Positions 13,281-23,133 are shown, counted from the first letter of the stretch. The stretch: DNA of 64,000 nucleotides from Nitrospirota bacterium (GCA_963845065.1 CAWJQQ010000006.1:128001-192000), one strand, 5' to 3'. The notes: a model not told the origin generated them from the letters alone. Numbers and translations: made by a program.

Positions 13281-14855
13281 ATGGACTTTACTCAGGAACA
13301 CATAGAGACTGATTATCTCATCATCGGAGGTGGCGTAGCAGGTCTCCGGGCTGCGGTTGAACTTGCGCGGAGTGGTGATGTCCTCGTGGTGACCAAGGAC
13401 GCTCCCTCTGAAAGCAGCAGCGAATACGCACAAGGAGGTGTTGCCGTAGCTCTTTCCGATGAGGATGAGATCTCGATCCACCTCGAGGACACACTGCGCG
13501 CGGGAGACGGACTGTGCCTGCGCAAAGCCGTCGGAACTCTCGTCGAGGAGGGCCCAACTCGCATCCGTGAACTCATCCTGTGGGGTGCCGAATTCGATAA
13601 GGAGGGCACTAAGCTCTCTTTTACGCAGGAAGCCGCTCATTCGAAACGAAGGATCCTTCACGCTCAAGGCGACTCTACAGGCCACGAGATCATGAGGGTG
13701 CTCCTCGACAAGGTCCGCTCCTCGGCCAAGGTGTCCAAGATTGATTTTGCTTTTACTCGCGACCTGATCGTTCATAACGGAAAGTGTATCGGCGCAATCG
13801 TATGCCAGCAAGCCCTCAAAAAAGTATTGCTCATCTCGGCTCGCGCTGTACTGCTTGCTACTGGCGGAGCAGGCCAACTCTTTGAGAGAACGACGAACCC
13901 GGCTGTCGCTACAGGCGACGGCATGGCCATGGCTTATCGGGCAGGCGCTGCACTGGTTGACATGGAATTCATCCAATTCCACCCCACTGCTCTCTTCCGC
14001 GCAGGAGCTCCGCAGTTCCTGCTTTCCGAAGCCATGAGGGGCGAAGGTGGTATGCTGAGAAACGTCGATGGATACCGATTCATGGACGACTACCACCCGG
14101 CGAGGGAGCTTGCGCCGCGTGATATCGTTACCCGCGCAATCCATGCAGAGATGACTGCGACGAAAACGAACCACGTCTTCCTCGACATGACACACCTAAA
14201 CGCTGAATACATCGTCAAGCGGTTCCCTCGCATTTACCGAACCTGCAAGGACCTCGACATCGACATATGCAGGGAGCCTATCCCGGTCTCGCCGGCAGCG
14301 CATTACATCATGGGCGGTGTGAAGACTAACCTCTGGGGCGCTACAAACATTCCAGGACTGTTTGCGGCCGGTGAATCCGCCTGCACGGGAGTGCACGGAG
14401 CGAACCGCCTTGCAAGCAATTCACTGCTCGAGGGCTTGGTGTTTGGCGAACGCGCAGGACTGGCAGCAGCACGATACGCGCATAGACATGCGGCGGGAAA
14501 TACCAGCATCCCCCGCTTCTCGGCTTACGCTTTACGCCATAGGCAGCCTGCATCGGTCTCTTCACCTGAGACCAACGGGGTCCGGGTCAGGCTGAAAAAG
14601 CTGATGTGGGAGAAGGTGGGGATTGTGCGAAACAGAAAAGACCTAAGCAGTGCGCTTGCACAGCTCCGCGAATGGGACAGAATGATGAAACATCATGCTC
14701 CTGAACGTAATATTTTCGAACTCAAGAACATGATAACAACCTCGATTCTTATTACCCGTTCGGCTCTCCTGCGAGAGGGAAGCGTAGGCGCGCATTACCG
14801 AAGCGATTTCCCGTCAAAAGGCAGGAACTGGAGAAAAAGAACAGTGATGACGTAA
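13281..14855 (+). CDS. nadB: L-aspartate oxidase
   Basis: IIGGGVAGL FAD motif, SEYAQGGVAV, EFIQFHPT, LLSEAMRGEG, GVHGANRLASNSLLEGLVFG. Confidence 0.97.
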   Translation: MDFTQEHIETDYLIIGGGVAGLRAAVELARSGDVLVVTKDAPSESSSEYAQGGVAVALSDEDEISIHLEDTLRAGDGLCLRKAVGTLVEEGPTRIRELILWGAEFDKEGTKLSFTQEAAHSKRRILHAQGDSTGHEIMRVLLDKVRSSAKVSKIDFAFTRDLIVHNGKCIGAIVCQQALKKVLLISARAVLLATGGAGQLFERTTNPAVATGDGMAMAYRAGAALVDMEFIQFHPTALFRAGAPQFLLSEAMRGEGGMLRNVDGYRFMDDYHPARELAPRDIVTRAIHAEMTATKTNHVFLDMTHLNAEYIVKRFPRIYRTCKDLDIDICREPIPVSPAAHYIMGGVKTNLWGATNIPGLFAAGESACTGVHGANRLASNSLLEGLVFGERAGLAAARYAHRHAAGNTSIPRFSAYALRHRQPASVSSPETNGVRVRLKKLMWEKVGIVRNRKDLSSALAQLREWDRMMKHHAPERNIFELKNMITTSILITRSALLREGSVGAHYRSDFPSKGRNWRKRTVMT

Positions 14856-15025
14856 TGATTCCTTGCTTGTACGTTCTTCATCACGAGAAAAACATCTCTT
14901 CGATTCATAACGATATGCTTCACCATCATCCATCTTTACAAAAGCCGACAGTTTACGTATACTTGCAACCGTGATACACTGGACTACAAAGTACTACTTC
15001 ACAAACCTAAATAAGGAGGTATTCA

Positions 15026-15271
15026 ATGTATCAGATATGGATCGCGATTATTGGAGCACTTATCATGGCAGGAGGGCTTGGTGGTATCTATTATCTCATC
15101 ATCAAACAAAGTGCCACCTTAGGCATGAAGACCATACAGTTTCTGGCCATCGTGTTTATCCTGCCGTTGATGTTAGTTCTCGGCGTCATGAATGTCCTGG
15201 GAAGAGAGACTATCGGCACGATTCTCGGCGTTGTCGTCGGATACGTTCTTTCCGGTTTTGGAAAAGAGTAG
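15026..15271 (+). CDS. Small hypothetical membrane protein (three hydrophobic segments)
   Basis: RBS AAGGAGG before ATG; hydrophobic; ends TILGVVVGYVLSG. Confidence 0.75.
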   Translation: MYQIWIAIIGALIMAGGLGGIYYLIIKQSATLGMKTIQFLAIVFILPLMLVLGVMNVLGRETIGTILGVVVGYVLSGFGKE

Positions 15272-15397
15272 TCAGCTTAAACTGCGGAGCAGCATAAAAA
15301 ATGGCAGGTAGCGGCAGACCATGAGGTCTGCCTTTTTATTCCTTTTCCTTCGCGAACTTTATCAGGATCTCCTCTGCTTTCTCAGCAGCAAATCACT

Positions 15398-16666
15398 TCA
15401 GCTCTTCACTAATTTCTCAGTTGCAAGAAACGGAATAGTCAGCATCCCCGGTACTGTCATGCAACAGACGATCATGAAAAACATTTTGTACCCAACGGCC
15501 TGCTGGAGCCAACCGCTCGCAAAACCCGGTAGCATCATGCCGAGTGCCATGATACCGGTCGAAATTGCATAGTGAGAAGTTTTGTATCTTCCGCTCGCCG
15601 AGTACATCAGGTACACTGTAAACACCGTAAATCCCAGTCCGTAGCCGAACTGCTCCAAAGCCACGAGCGGATAGACAAGCCCGATGCCCGGCTGCGCGGA
15701 CGCCATATAGACGAAAAACAGATCCGGCAGATGCATGACAATAACCATGGGCCAGACGCACCGCTTGAACCCGAAGCGGGAGATAAGCCACCCCCCAAGG
15801 ATTCCACCGCTTACAAGGCAGACGACACCTACCGTCCCATAAACAAGTCCCACCTCTTTCGTCGTAAGACCGAGCCCTCCAGCGCCTGGTTGGTCAAGCA
15901 GAAAAGGGGAAACCAGTTTCAAGAGCATGGCTTCTCCTAAACGGTAGAGCAGGATGAACGAAAGCATAACGCCGATTTTGGCCTGACTGAAATATGACCG
16001 TATTACCTCGGCAAATGACGCCTCGTTATTCTTCTCGCGCCTTGACCGGCAGCTATCATTCACTGGAAAAGGAAGGAAAATCTTGTGATATAATGCTGCG
16101 CTTGCGAAGATCAACCCGGAGGCCACCATGACCGTGGACCAGCTCAAGCCAATATCGTTGCTCGATGTTTCGAGCATTCCGGCAACGTAGACCAAAAATC
16201 CGCTGCCGAATATCATGGCCAGGCGATAGAAGCCCGCTCGCAAGCCCACAAAGAGGGCCTGCTCCTTCTCCATGAGTGCGAGCATATAAAAGCCATCCGT
16301 CGCGATGTCGTAGGTTGCGGATATGAACGCACCCGCAAAGAAAGCCGCCAATGACAGTGAGAAGAATGATTCTGTCCTCAGCGAGAAGGCGACCAGGAAC
16401 ATGCACAGGCTCATCGCCGCTTGAGTCCAGAGGATCCAGTTCCGCTTGGTTGAATACACGTCCACGAAGGGTCCCCAGAACATCTTGATGACCCAAGGCA
16501 GATAGAGCCAACTCGTCCAGAACGCAATATGCGCGTTGTCAATGCCCAACCGCTTGTACAAAATGACCGAGACGATGTTGATGAGTACATAGGGAAGACC
16601 TTCGGAAAAATAGAGCGTAGGAAGAAAATACCAGGGATTGCGGGAAGCAATGCGATCGGGTTTCAT
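15398..16666 (-). CDS. ampG: MFS transporter, AmpG-like muropeptide/acetyl-CoA permease family
   Basis: LPTLYFSEGLPY, LPWVIKMFWGPFVD, SATYDIATDGFY; about 12 TM segments. Confidence 0.85.
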   Translation of the reverse strand: MKPDRIASRNPWYFLPTLYFSEGLPYVLINIVSVILYKRLGIDNAHIAFWTSWLYLPWVIKMFWGPFVDVYSTKRNWILWTQAAMSLCMFLVAFSLRTESFFSLSLAAFFAGAFISATYDIATDGFYMLALMEKEQALFVGLRAGFYRLAMIFGSGFLVYVAGMLETSSNDIGLSWSTVMVASGLIFASAALYHKIFLPFPVNDSCRSRREKNNEASFAEVIRSYFSQAKIGVMLSFILLYRLGEAMLLKLVSPFLLDQPGAGGLGLTTKEVGLVYGTVGVVCLVSGGILGGWLISRFGFKRCVWPMVIVMHLPDLFFVYMASAQPGIGLVYPLVALEQFGYGLGFTVFTVYLMYSASGRYKTSHYAISTGIMALGMMLPGFASGWLQQAVGYKMFFMIVCCMTVPGMLTIPFLATEKLVKS

Positions 16667-16903
16667 GCACGTAAGCTATCAGATTGTATGCCAAACTTCC
16701 AGAGAAAAAATCATGGCAGTACCTTGGAGTTAATCGCCGAAGCCGTGACCTGCGCGTTTTCATGTAGTACTAATACGACCAGCTCCTTAGGGCATGGTAG
16801 TTTACCTTAAAATCGCGTATCCTCCTGAAGGTTCTTGATTTTTTTTATTTTTACTTTGACTTTCACCCTGCATTCATGTATTTTTTAATATAATTTTCAC
16901 GAG

Positions 16904-18739
16904 GTGCAAAATATGAAAACACGTGGATGCGTCCAAATCCTAGCCTTATCATTCCTTTTTTTCTTGTTCATCGCGCCAAAAGCGAGCATGGCTGACGAAA
17001 TTGATCTTATTGTACCCACGAACTTTTCAAGCATTCAGTCAGCAATCAATTATGCCAGTGCTCTGATAAATTCGCCGACTCCCACGACAAATACTTTCAA
17101 GATTCTGGTCGAACCTGGAACTTACACAGAAGCGATTACGTTAGCATCGAACATCCCTGTGCGAGGCACAGAAACTGCAAAAACTTTTTTAAGCGGCGGT
17201 GGGAGCGGACCAGTTATTTCGGCTTCTGGGGTATCTAGCGCCTATGTAAAGAATTTTACGATTAGAGACGCTTCCCTGGGCGTCCTCATTTCAAATAACT
17301 CGTCCGTCGTTATTGAGAATAATGTCTTTGAAGTCGGAACCAGCGGTACAGCTGTACAAATACAAGGCTCCCCCTCGGCGCAGGTCGTCAATAACACGTT
17401 CTTCAATAACGGGACTGCCATCGTCCGTGATGCGGATTCTGAAATAATCAACAGTAACATATTCTTTAATAATGCAACAGACATAAACCAAGGGGCGCTC
17501 GCGATTACTGACATAAACAACATCATCTACAACGCTTTTTTCCCGATCTCGGCTGGCCCAAAGGGGACTAACTACATTCCCAACACGATAATCACCTTGA
17601 CTGACCCGCTCTTCGTTGACGTTACTAATGGAGATTTTCACCTTATGGCGGGCTCACCGTGCATTGCCAACGGCGATCCAACGATCACTAACGTCATTGA
17701 TGGCACCCAGTGTGACATAGGAGCCTATGGCGGAGGGGGGTCGGTCCAGGACATGGACACCATCCCCTTTCTGATATCCGGCGTCACTGCTGCCCTGTCG
17801 TCGCCCACGTCGGTCACTTTGAACTGGAATCCGAACACTTGCTACCTCATTGGCGGTTATAATGTCTATTACGGGAGCTCCTCCGGTAATTACACCGGAA
17901 CCCAAGCAAATGAAGGTTCCTCGCCAATTACTGTGCCAACGGGCACCTCTGCCACGACCTTTACCTTGACCGGCCTCAATTTCACCCCTACTACTCCCCC
18001 AACTCCCACAATTAATCCGACTTCACCATTGAATGAAGCCCTTGCGCTCAGTTGGAGTGCCGTGTCTGGAGCTACAGGCTATAAAGTGTACTGGGGTCCG
18101 GTTTCTCCGCCTACCACGGTTATTGATGTCGGCAATGTAACGTCCTATACGCTATCGGGACTCACAAACGGCCAAACCTATTATGTAGCTGTTTCTGCTT
18201 ATTCACAGGCAACCTTATATATGGCAGTCACAGCATTTTACACCGGTGCCGGTCCCGATGAGCCGGGAGTACAGTACGAGAGTGATTACTCCCAGGAAGT
18301 AACCGAGGGAGCTGGCAGTGTACAGGAAAGCCCTCTATCAACTGTTGAGTCTGATTTTCCAGAGCCTCTCGTCGCTTACCCAAACCTGCCGAACTCGCAT
18401 GAAGGATGCTTCATTGCCACAGCTGCTTACGGTTACTACTCGGCGCCCCAAGTGCAGGCATTGCGAGAATTCCGAAACCGCTATCTCCTCACGAATAAGG
18501 CGGGAAATGCATTCGTTGAATGGTATTACCGCGTCAGTCCCGCAGCAGCTGATTTCTTGAATTCCCATCCAGGGTACAAACCTGTAGTCAGGGCTGCGCT
18601 TTTGCCCGCTGTCGCAGTTTCACTTTTTTTGACAAAGACTTCGTTCGCAACGAAAATCGGGGCATTGTTGATAGCAGGATTTTTTATTATGTTCCTATTT
18701 TCCAAGAAACGGCTTTCAGGTTCTGGAGGCTCGCATTGA
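16904..18739 (+). CDS. Secreted surface protein: pectin-lyase-like beta-helix, FN3 domains and C-terminal CFI-box-CTERM domain
   Basis: Signal peptide; SIQSAINYA..ILVEPGTYTE; NNTFFNN repeats; DPLFVD..GDFHL..GSPCI; FN3 LSWSAVSGATGYKVYW..YTLSGLTNGQTYYVAVSAY; GCFIATAAYG..PQVQALREFRNRYLL..FVEWYY..SP; then TM segment and basic tail. Confidence 0.85.
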   Translation: MQNMKTRGCVQILALSFLFFLFIAPKASMADEIDLIVPTNFSSIQSAINYASALINSPTPTTNTFKILVEPGTYTEAITLASNIPVRGTETAKTFLSGGGSGPVISASGVSSAYVKNFTIRDASLGVLISNNSSVVIENNVFEVGTSGTAVQIQGSPSAQVVNNTFFNNGTAIVRDADSEIINSNIFFNNATDINQGALAITDINNIIYNAFFPISAGPKGTNYIPNTIITLTDPLFVDVTNGDFHLMAGSPCIANGDPTITNVIDGTQCDIGAYGGGGSVQDMDTIPFLISGVTAALSSPTSVTLNWNPNTCYLIGGYNVYYGSSSGNYTGTQANEGSSPITVPTGTSATTFTLTGLNFTPTTPPTPTINPTSPLNEALALSWSAVSGATGYKVYWGPVSPPTTVIDVGNVTSYTLSGLTNGQTYYVAVSAYSQATLYMAVTAFYTGAGPDEPGVQYESDYSQEVTEGAGSVQESPLSTVESDFPEPLVAYPNLPNSHEGCFIATAAYGYYSAPQVQALREFRNRYLLTNKAGNAFVEWYYRVSPAAADFLNSHPGYKPVVRAALLPAVAVSLFLTKTSFATKIGALLIAGFFIMFLFSKKRLSGSGGSH

Positions 18740-19374
18740 AAAAATTTCTCTTGTTCTTCATACTCGCTTTCCTGCCCATTACTGCCTATGCTGCTGATCA
18801 AGGCCAGGACCAGCCTCAGTGGTCTTTCGAACTGAAAGGTGGTTATTTTACCCCATCGTTAGCAAACTGGAAAGAGTTTTATGGCAAGCGAAGTATGCCT
18901 GAATACGGCTTTTCACTGGCATATAAGCTCCAAAGACAAATCGAAGTTGGGGTTGAAACCGGCATTATATACGGTAGTGGTCTAGCCTCTGCGCCACTCC
19001 ACGGTATTGCGGCGGGAAAGGTTGATTATGATTTATATCCGGTCAATGCCTTTATCCTGTTTCGCGGAGTCGTGAACGAGAATCAGTGGGTGGTTCCCTA
19101 TGTGGGCGGAGGCTTTACTCGAATGTATTATCAGGAAAAAATAGAAGATCAAAGCACAGCGCGCGGCTCGGCGGACGGCTACCACTACCGGGGCGGGCTG
19201 CAGTTCCTACTCGATGCCATTGACCCTGACTCAGCGAAAGACTTTTACCTCGAAGAGGGCGTCTATCATACGTACCTCTTTATTGAGGCAGAAAGGACCA
19301 GCGCTATAGTAAAGTCCGCTTCGGTCAATCTCGGCGGAACGGCCTATCAAATGGGCCTCTTGTTCGAGTTTTAA
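18736..19374 (+). CDS. Outer-membrane beta-barrel protein (MXAN_2562-like)
   Basis: Signal peptide; alternating beta strands; WVVPYVGGG; LLDAIDPDSA..F..E.GVYHTYLFIE; terminal Phe (LLFEF); overlaps the upstream stop. Confidence 0.7.
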   Translation: MKKFLLFFILAFLPITAYAADQGQDQPQWSFELKGGYFTPSLANWKEFYGKRSMPEYGFSLAYKLQRQIEVGVETGIIYGSGLASAPLHGIAAGKVDYDLYPVNAFILFRGVVNENQWVVPYVGGGFTRMYYQEKIEDQSTARGSADGYHYRGGLQFLLDAIDPDSAKDFYLEEGVYHTYLFIEAERTSAIVKSASVNLGGTAYQMGLLFEF

Positions 19375-19882
19375 TCGCGAATTTCAGAATTCCTGATTCA
19401 AGATAGAATTTATATAACTGCAGTATGCATTAGAGCGCGGATTGAATGCACTACCCAACCACCACGGATCCCTATGGTCCTTCCTGCCCGAATCGCGTTT
19501 CTTCTTCTATATGAACCGATGCCTTTGCAACTCCGCAAGCCCCTGGAATTATCCATAGAGATAGGAGTTGCAGCATACGGAATAGATTTGATAAAGAATT
19601 TATATTCTACAAGACAAATTAGCACATCTTGATCTTTTTAAAGCCATACCCACTTATTTAAATCTGAGCAATCAAATCAAAGCTGAGAGCAAACCGCTTA
19701 TTGGCATTAAAATTATGATACATCTGCAATAATTCTTAATCACCATTTTTTTGAGAATCAAGTCAACTTGCTTCTCCTTAATTTGGATAATAGACCGCGT
19801 TTGCTCTCCCGCCCGCGCTGGTCTTCGTAGCATTCATGTGTGTAGTCAGCCCCGCTCCCGGGACCAAGCGATTACGGCTCCT

Positions 19883-20053
19883 TTACCAGCAAAAAACCTT
19901 ATCAGAGGAGAATACATCGGCAACGAGTTTGTCGTAGGACACTCCTCCCTTGAACAGCTCAATCGTTTTTACATCGTTACCTATTGCCTGGACCTCGATG
20001 ATTTTCTTCGTACTTGCATCCGGCGCTTTTTTCAATATATGCACTATTGTCAC
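19883..20053 (-). CDS. Small conserved hypothetical protein, DsrH/TusB-like (YTD cluster)
   Basis: GTG start after AGAGGAG; ends VSYDKLVADVFSSDKVFCW, like the DsrH/TusB C-terminus. Confidence 0.7.
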   Translation of the reverse strand: MTIVHILKKAPDASTKKIIEVQAIGNDVKTIELFKGGVSYDKLVADVFSSDKVFCW

Positions 20054-20075
20054 GCGACCATCTCCTCTCTTACAT

Positions 20076-20360
20076 TTAGTAAGGCACCACAACATCATAT
20101 TCTAAAAGCTTCTTCGCCATTTCTTCCAGCGTGATCGTTGTATAGCCGTTTTCCGGATTATTGGAATACATCTTGAGATCTAGTTCGGTAGCCAATTCGA
20201 GAGGCGTCGCGATCTCGGGATTATTCTTGTCCAGTTTGTTATCAAGGACAAACACATCGATGATGTCATCCGCAAGGGTGAGCCCGCCCGCAACGCGGAG
20301 CGCTTCGCCCTGCCGGTTCCTGACGATAACAGCTATTTTTTTTGTGTCTCCCATTGACAA
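20076..20360 (-). CDS. Conserved hypothetical protein, DsrF/TusC-like (YTD cluster)
   Basis: KKIAVIVRNRQGEALRVAGGLTL...ITLEEMAKKLLEYDVVVPY. Confidence 0.7.
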   Translation of the reverse strand: MSMGDTKKIAVIVRNRQGEALRVAGGLTLADDIIDVFVLDNKLDKNNPEIATPLELATELDLKMYSNNPENGYTTITLEEMAKKLLEYDVVVPY

Positions 20361-20381
20361 TACTCCCTTATTATAAAGTTG

Positions 20382-20687
20382 TTAGAAAACCAGTACACGT
20401 GCGCAGTCATGTAGCATCCCTGCGTTGTTATACTGGCTGCCGTACGAAATGCCCTGAGTTTTTTCGTGCATGCCAAGCCTTTCGCAGCTGTGGTCGCAGC
20501 ATGAAATCTCTACATTGGCTACCTTCAGCAGGTCGAGAAACTTGGGTTCTGTAGTGAAGCGCACCCCATCATCGGTCAAGAAGATCGTTACAGATTTGTC
20601 TGCCGCACGGGCTGCCTTAACTACGCCCGCGATATGTTCAAGGTTCTCGAACTTCGTTATCATTATGCCCAGTATTTCGTTTGCCAT
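20382..20687 (-). CDS. DsrE/TusD-family sulfur relay protein
   Basis: VTIFLTDDGVR, SCCDHSC with the carrier Cys, ends CARVLVF; ATG 20687 after GGAGGTG. Confidence 0.8.
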   Translation of the reverse strand: MANEILGIMITKFENLEHIAGVVKAARAADKSVTIFLTDDGVRFTTEPKFLDLLKVANVEISCCDHSCERLGMHEKTQGISYGSQYNNAGMLHDCARVLVF

Positions 20688-20814
20688 GTGTTTCACCTCC
20701 ATTCCACCCATGATAATCGCTGTGGATCTCGTGTTAGACACTTTCTTAATAAGATTTTTTAACGGTATTAACTCAGCCGAGAGCTCAAAGCTGTTTCAAC
20801 CCCTTTCCGACGTA

Positions 20815-21461
20815 ATCGGATAGCAGGCGGGTTCGCCCCTACCGCCCTCCTACACCACAGAACGTACGGTTCCGTATATGACGGTTCCTTTCCTTTTGCT
20901 CTTTCAGCAGCCTCGTCGCCTCCTGTCCAGTAAACACCCAGTCTTACCTCGCGGATTCCGTGCACTGCTTCCAGATCAGGCCCCATTACGAGGCTTGAAC
21001 TCAAAACAGACAGCGATCCGGTCTCAAGCTGCCCAACAGGTTCGGCCCTTGGTCTCATGGGTGGCGAAACTAATACGACCTCTGCTAATTTCTGCCGCCT
21101 CATAACGAAATCTTGCGACTTCATTAACTCTAGACAAATCGGCATACCTCTCAGCGTAAGACGCACGACCTTTATCCCATACACCCGCCGCATCTACTTC
21201 CACACCTTCCGGATAGTTATCGGGCTTTGAGTCTTTTCGCCCTCTCGCCCAAGTGTGGCGCCCTCTTATGCGGTTTCTGTTCATCACGCCCGGACTTTGC
21301 TTACAGCGTCCTTCAGATTCCAGATCGCACTGAACACCCCTGCTGTTCGGCTAACGGTTCCTACCATCAAGGCCCATAAAGGACTCGCACCTTCGAGTCG
21401 CTGATCAGGCACCACACCTGATCAGCCTATACAAAAGTACAGGACGTCATGTCTGGAATAC
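20815..21461 (-). ncRNA. ORF-less group IIC intron, probably degenerate
   Basis: Domain V GAACCGTCATATACGGAACCGTACGTTCTGTGGTGT (about 20887-20852) and domain VI ending CCTGCTATCCGAT; IIC-type internal motifs (GATGAACAGAAACCGCATAAGAGG, GTAGATGCGGCGGG); 5' end GTATTCCAGACATG one base after a terminator U-tract; no RT ORF. Confidence 0.85.
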
Positions 21462-21462
21462 G

Positions 21463-21492
21463 AAAAAAAACCGGGCAGGAACCCCTGCCCGG
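21463..21492 (-). terminator. Intrinsic terminator after yeeE (intron target site)
   Basis: CCGGGCAGG-GGTT-CCTGCCCGG followed by T8. Confidence 0.9.
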
Positions 21493-21510
21493 CCCTAGTT
21501 CCCTATAGTT

Positions 21511-22614
21511 CTACACATCAAGATTCTTCATCGGTCTGATGAGCAGGAAATAGACCATAGTCCAGTTGCCCAGGATGATGAAAATATTGGCAACCCAGCT
21601 CGATACGGCAAGAGCAGACACGCCCGTCAGGCTGTGACCGATATTGCAGCCGCCTCCCATCTGCGCACCAACCCCCATGATAAAACCGCCCAAGAGCACC
21701 TTGCTGAGTTCGTCCGCAGGCGGCACCTTCAACTTAACTTCCTTCAGGAGCTTGCCGCTGATGAATGCGCCAATAGGCACTGCCACTACATACAGCGAGC
21801 TCCAGGAAAAGATCATTCCTAATATGTTTCTAGATTCGAGTGGGTTAATAGCGCTGGGATCGTTCTGATAGTTCCCGAAGAACACGGCTAGGAAGAACTC
21901 CCTGACCGGTCCGGTGAATGAGAGGCCGCGGGCCTTGCCGCCGTAATACTCCGATGCCCACCACGCTGCCACGGCAACGAGGCCGGCCAAGAACCCGGCC
22001 ATTGACCATGAATATCCCTTCCTCGCCTTGACGAAGGGCTTGCCCCTTAATATGAACACCAGGAGCGCCGCAGAAATCACGACAATTACAATCCATTTAT
22101 TGATGCCAGTAATATTATACAGGGTCGGAACCGTATCTTCACCTTTCCAAACAATACGTTCAGGTGCGATCATCCAAGAGTAAATCGGTTTTAGAAAACC
22201 AAACTTGGTCATCGCAATGCCGAAAAAGAATCCGAACACGGCGAAGACATACGCTAGGTTTCCTTCTCCTACACGGTACAGGATGCCGCTTCCGCACCCG
22301 CCGGCCAGAACGATACCCATTCCGAAAATGTATCCCCCGACGATGTTGGCCCAAGGCACGAAAGCCTGACGGTAGAGCGTACCGGTGACGAAGACGCCTT
22401 GTTCAAAATGGCCCAGCCAATGCATATCCTCAAGTAAGTTCGCGCCAATCATTGTGACGACGACGGCGAGAAGGTATGCCCGGAGCATTGTGTAGTCCTG
22501 GAAAAGCACTTCCCGGAACGCGGAGTTGACGCAAAACCGGCCGCGTTGCAAAACGAAGCCGAATGCTGCGCCGATGAGTAGACCGGTCACAGCAAATGTC
22601 AATGTAGAAACCAT
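21511..22614 (-). CDS. yeeE: YeeE/YedE (TsuA) family thiosulfate/sulfur transporter
   Basis: FGFVLQRGRFC, LAGGCGSG and MGGGCNIGH give the three conserved Cys motifs; polytopic membrane protein. Confidence 0.93.
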   Translation of the reverse strand: MVSTLTFAVTGLLIGAAFGFVLQRGRFCVNSAFREVLFQDYTMLRAYLLAVVVTMIGANLLEDMHWLGHFEQGVFVTGTLYRQAFVPWANIVGGYIFGMGIVLAGGCGSGILYRVGEGNLAYVFAVFGFFFGIAMTKFGFLKPIYSWMIAPERIVWKGEDTVPTLYNITGINKWIVIVVISAALLVFILRGKPFVKARKGYSWSMAGFLAGLVAVAAWWASEYYGGKARGLSFTGPVREFFLAVFFGNYQNDPSAINPLESRNILGMIFSWSSLYVVAVPIGAFISGKLLKEVKLKVPPADELSKVLLGGFIMGVGAQMGGGCNIGHSLTGVSALAVSSWVANIFIILGNWTMVYFLLIRPMKNLDV

Positions 22615-22686
22615 TCTTCCCCCCTTTTAGATTTACTCCCCTGCGGTCTTCTCTCTATTTATTTTGTTTGCACTCAATCCCTGGAG

Positions 22687-22935
22687 TTATGACTTCTTGA
22701 TAAAGAGCTCCCAGTAGCCTTTGTCTTCGAGTTTAACTGCTTCGAAACTGTAGCCCTGTTTCTCGGCAAAGCGCGGGATGCTGTCCTCTGCAGATGCTGG
22801 CGCATCGCACAAAACCTTTATGGTCTGTCCACTCGAAAGTTTTTCAAGTGCCTTCTTGGTCAGAAGCAGCGGATAAGGGCATACCCTGCCGAGAGTGTCT
22901 AAAGTCTGGTCCGGTGTTGCTGTCTTGATTGACAT
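22687..22935 (-). CDS. tusA: TusA/YeeD-family sulfur carrier
   Basis: LDTLGRVCPYPLLLTKKAL (CPxP motif). Confidence 0.93.
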   Translation of the reverse strand: MSIKTATPDQTLDTLGRVCPYPLLLTKKALEKLSSGQTIKVLCDAPASAEDSIPRFAEKQGYSFEAVKLEDKGYWELFIKKS

Positions 22936-23133
22936 GTTCTTCCTCCTTTAAGTTTGAGTATATATTCAGGCCACCGTGGAAAATGGCCCCTTGACTGACA
23001 CCGTGGTGAGTATTGTGATCAGTAGAAAAAAGCGAGGTCTTTCTGAATGTTTCACCTCCTTACGCGTATATATTCGTAACACAATAAAACGGAAACTCAG
23101 GGAATCACGGGACATGCTTTGTGAAAGTATAAT

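Noticed and set aside
19380..19880. Short ORFs in the gap between the beta-barrel gene and the sulfur cluster
   Set aside because: No convincing RBS or recognisable motifs; treated as intergenic or unidentifiable decay.
20768..21287. ORFs of 141, 75 and 87 aa
   Set aside because: They lie within the group II intron RNA and have no RT or maturase motifs (no YADD).
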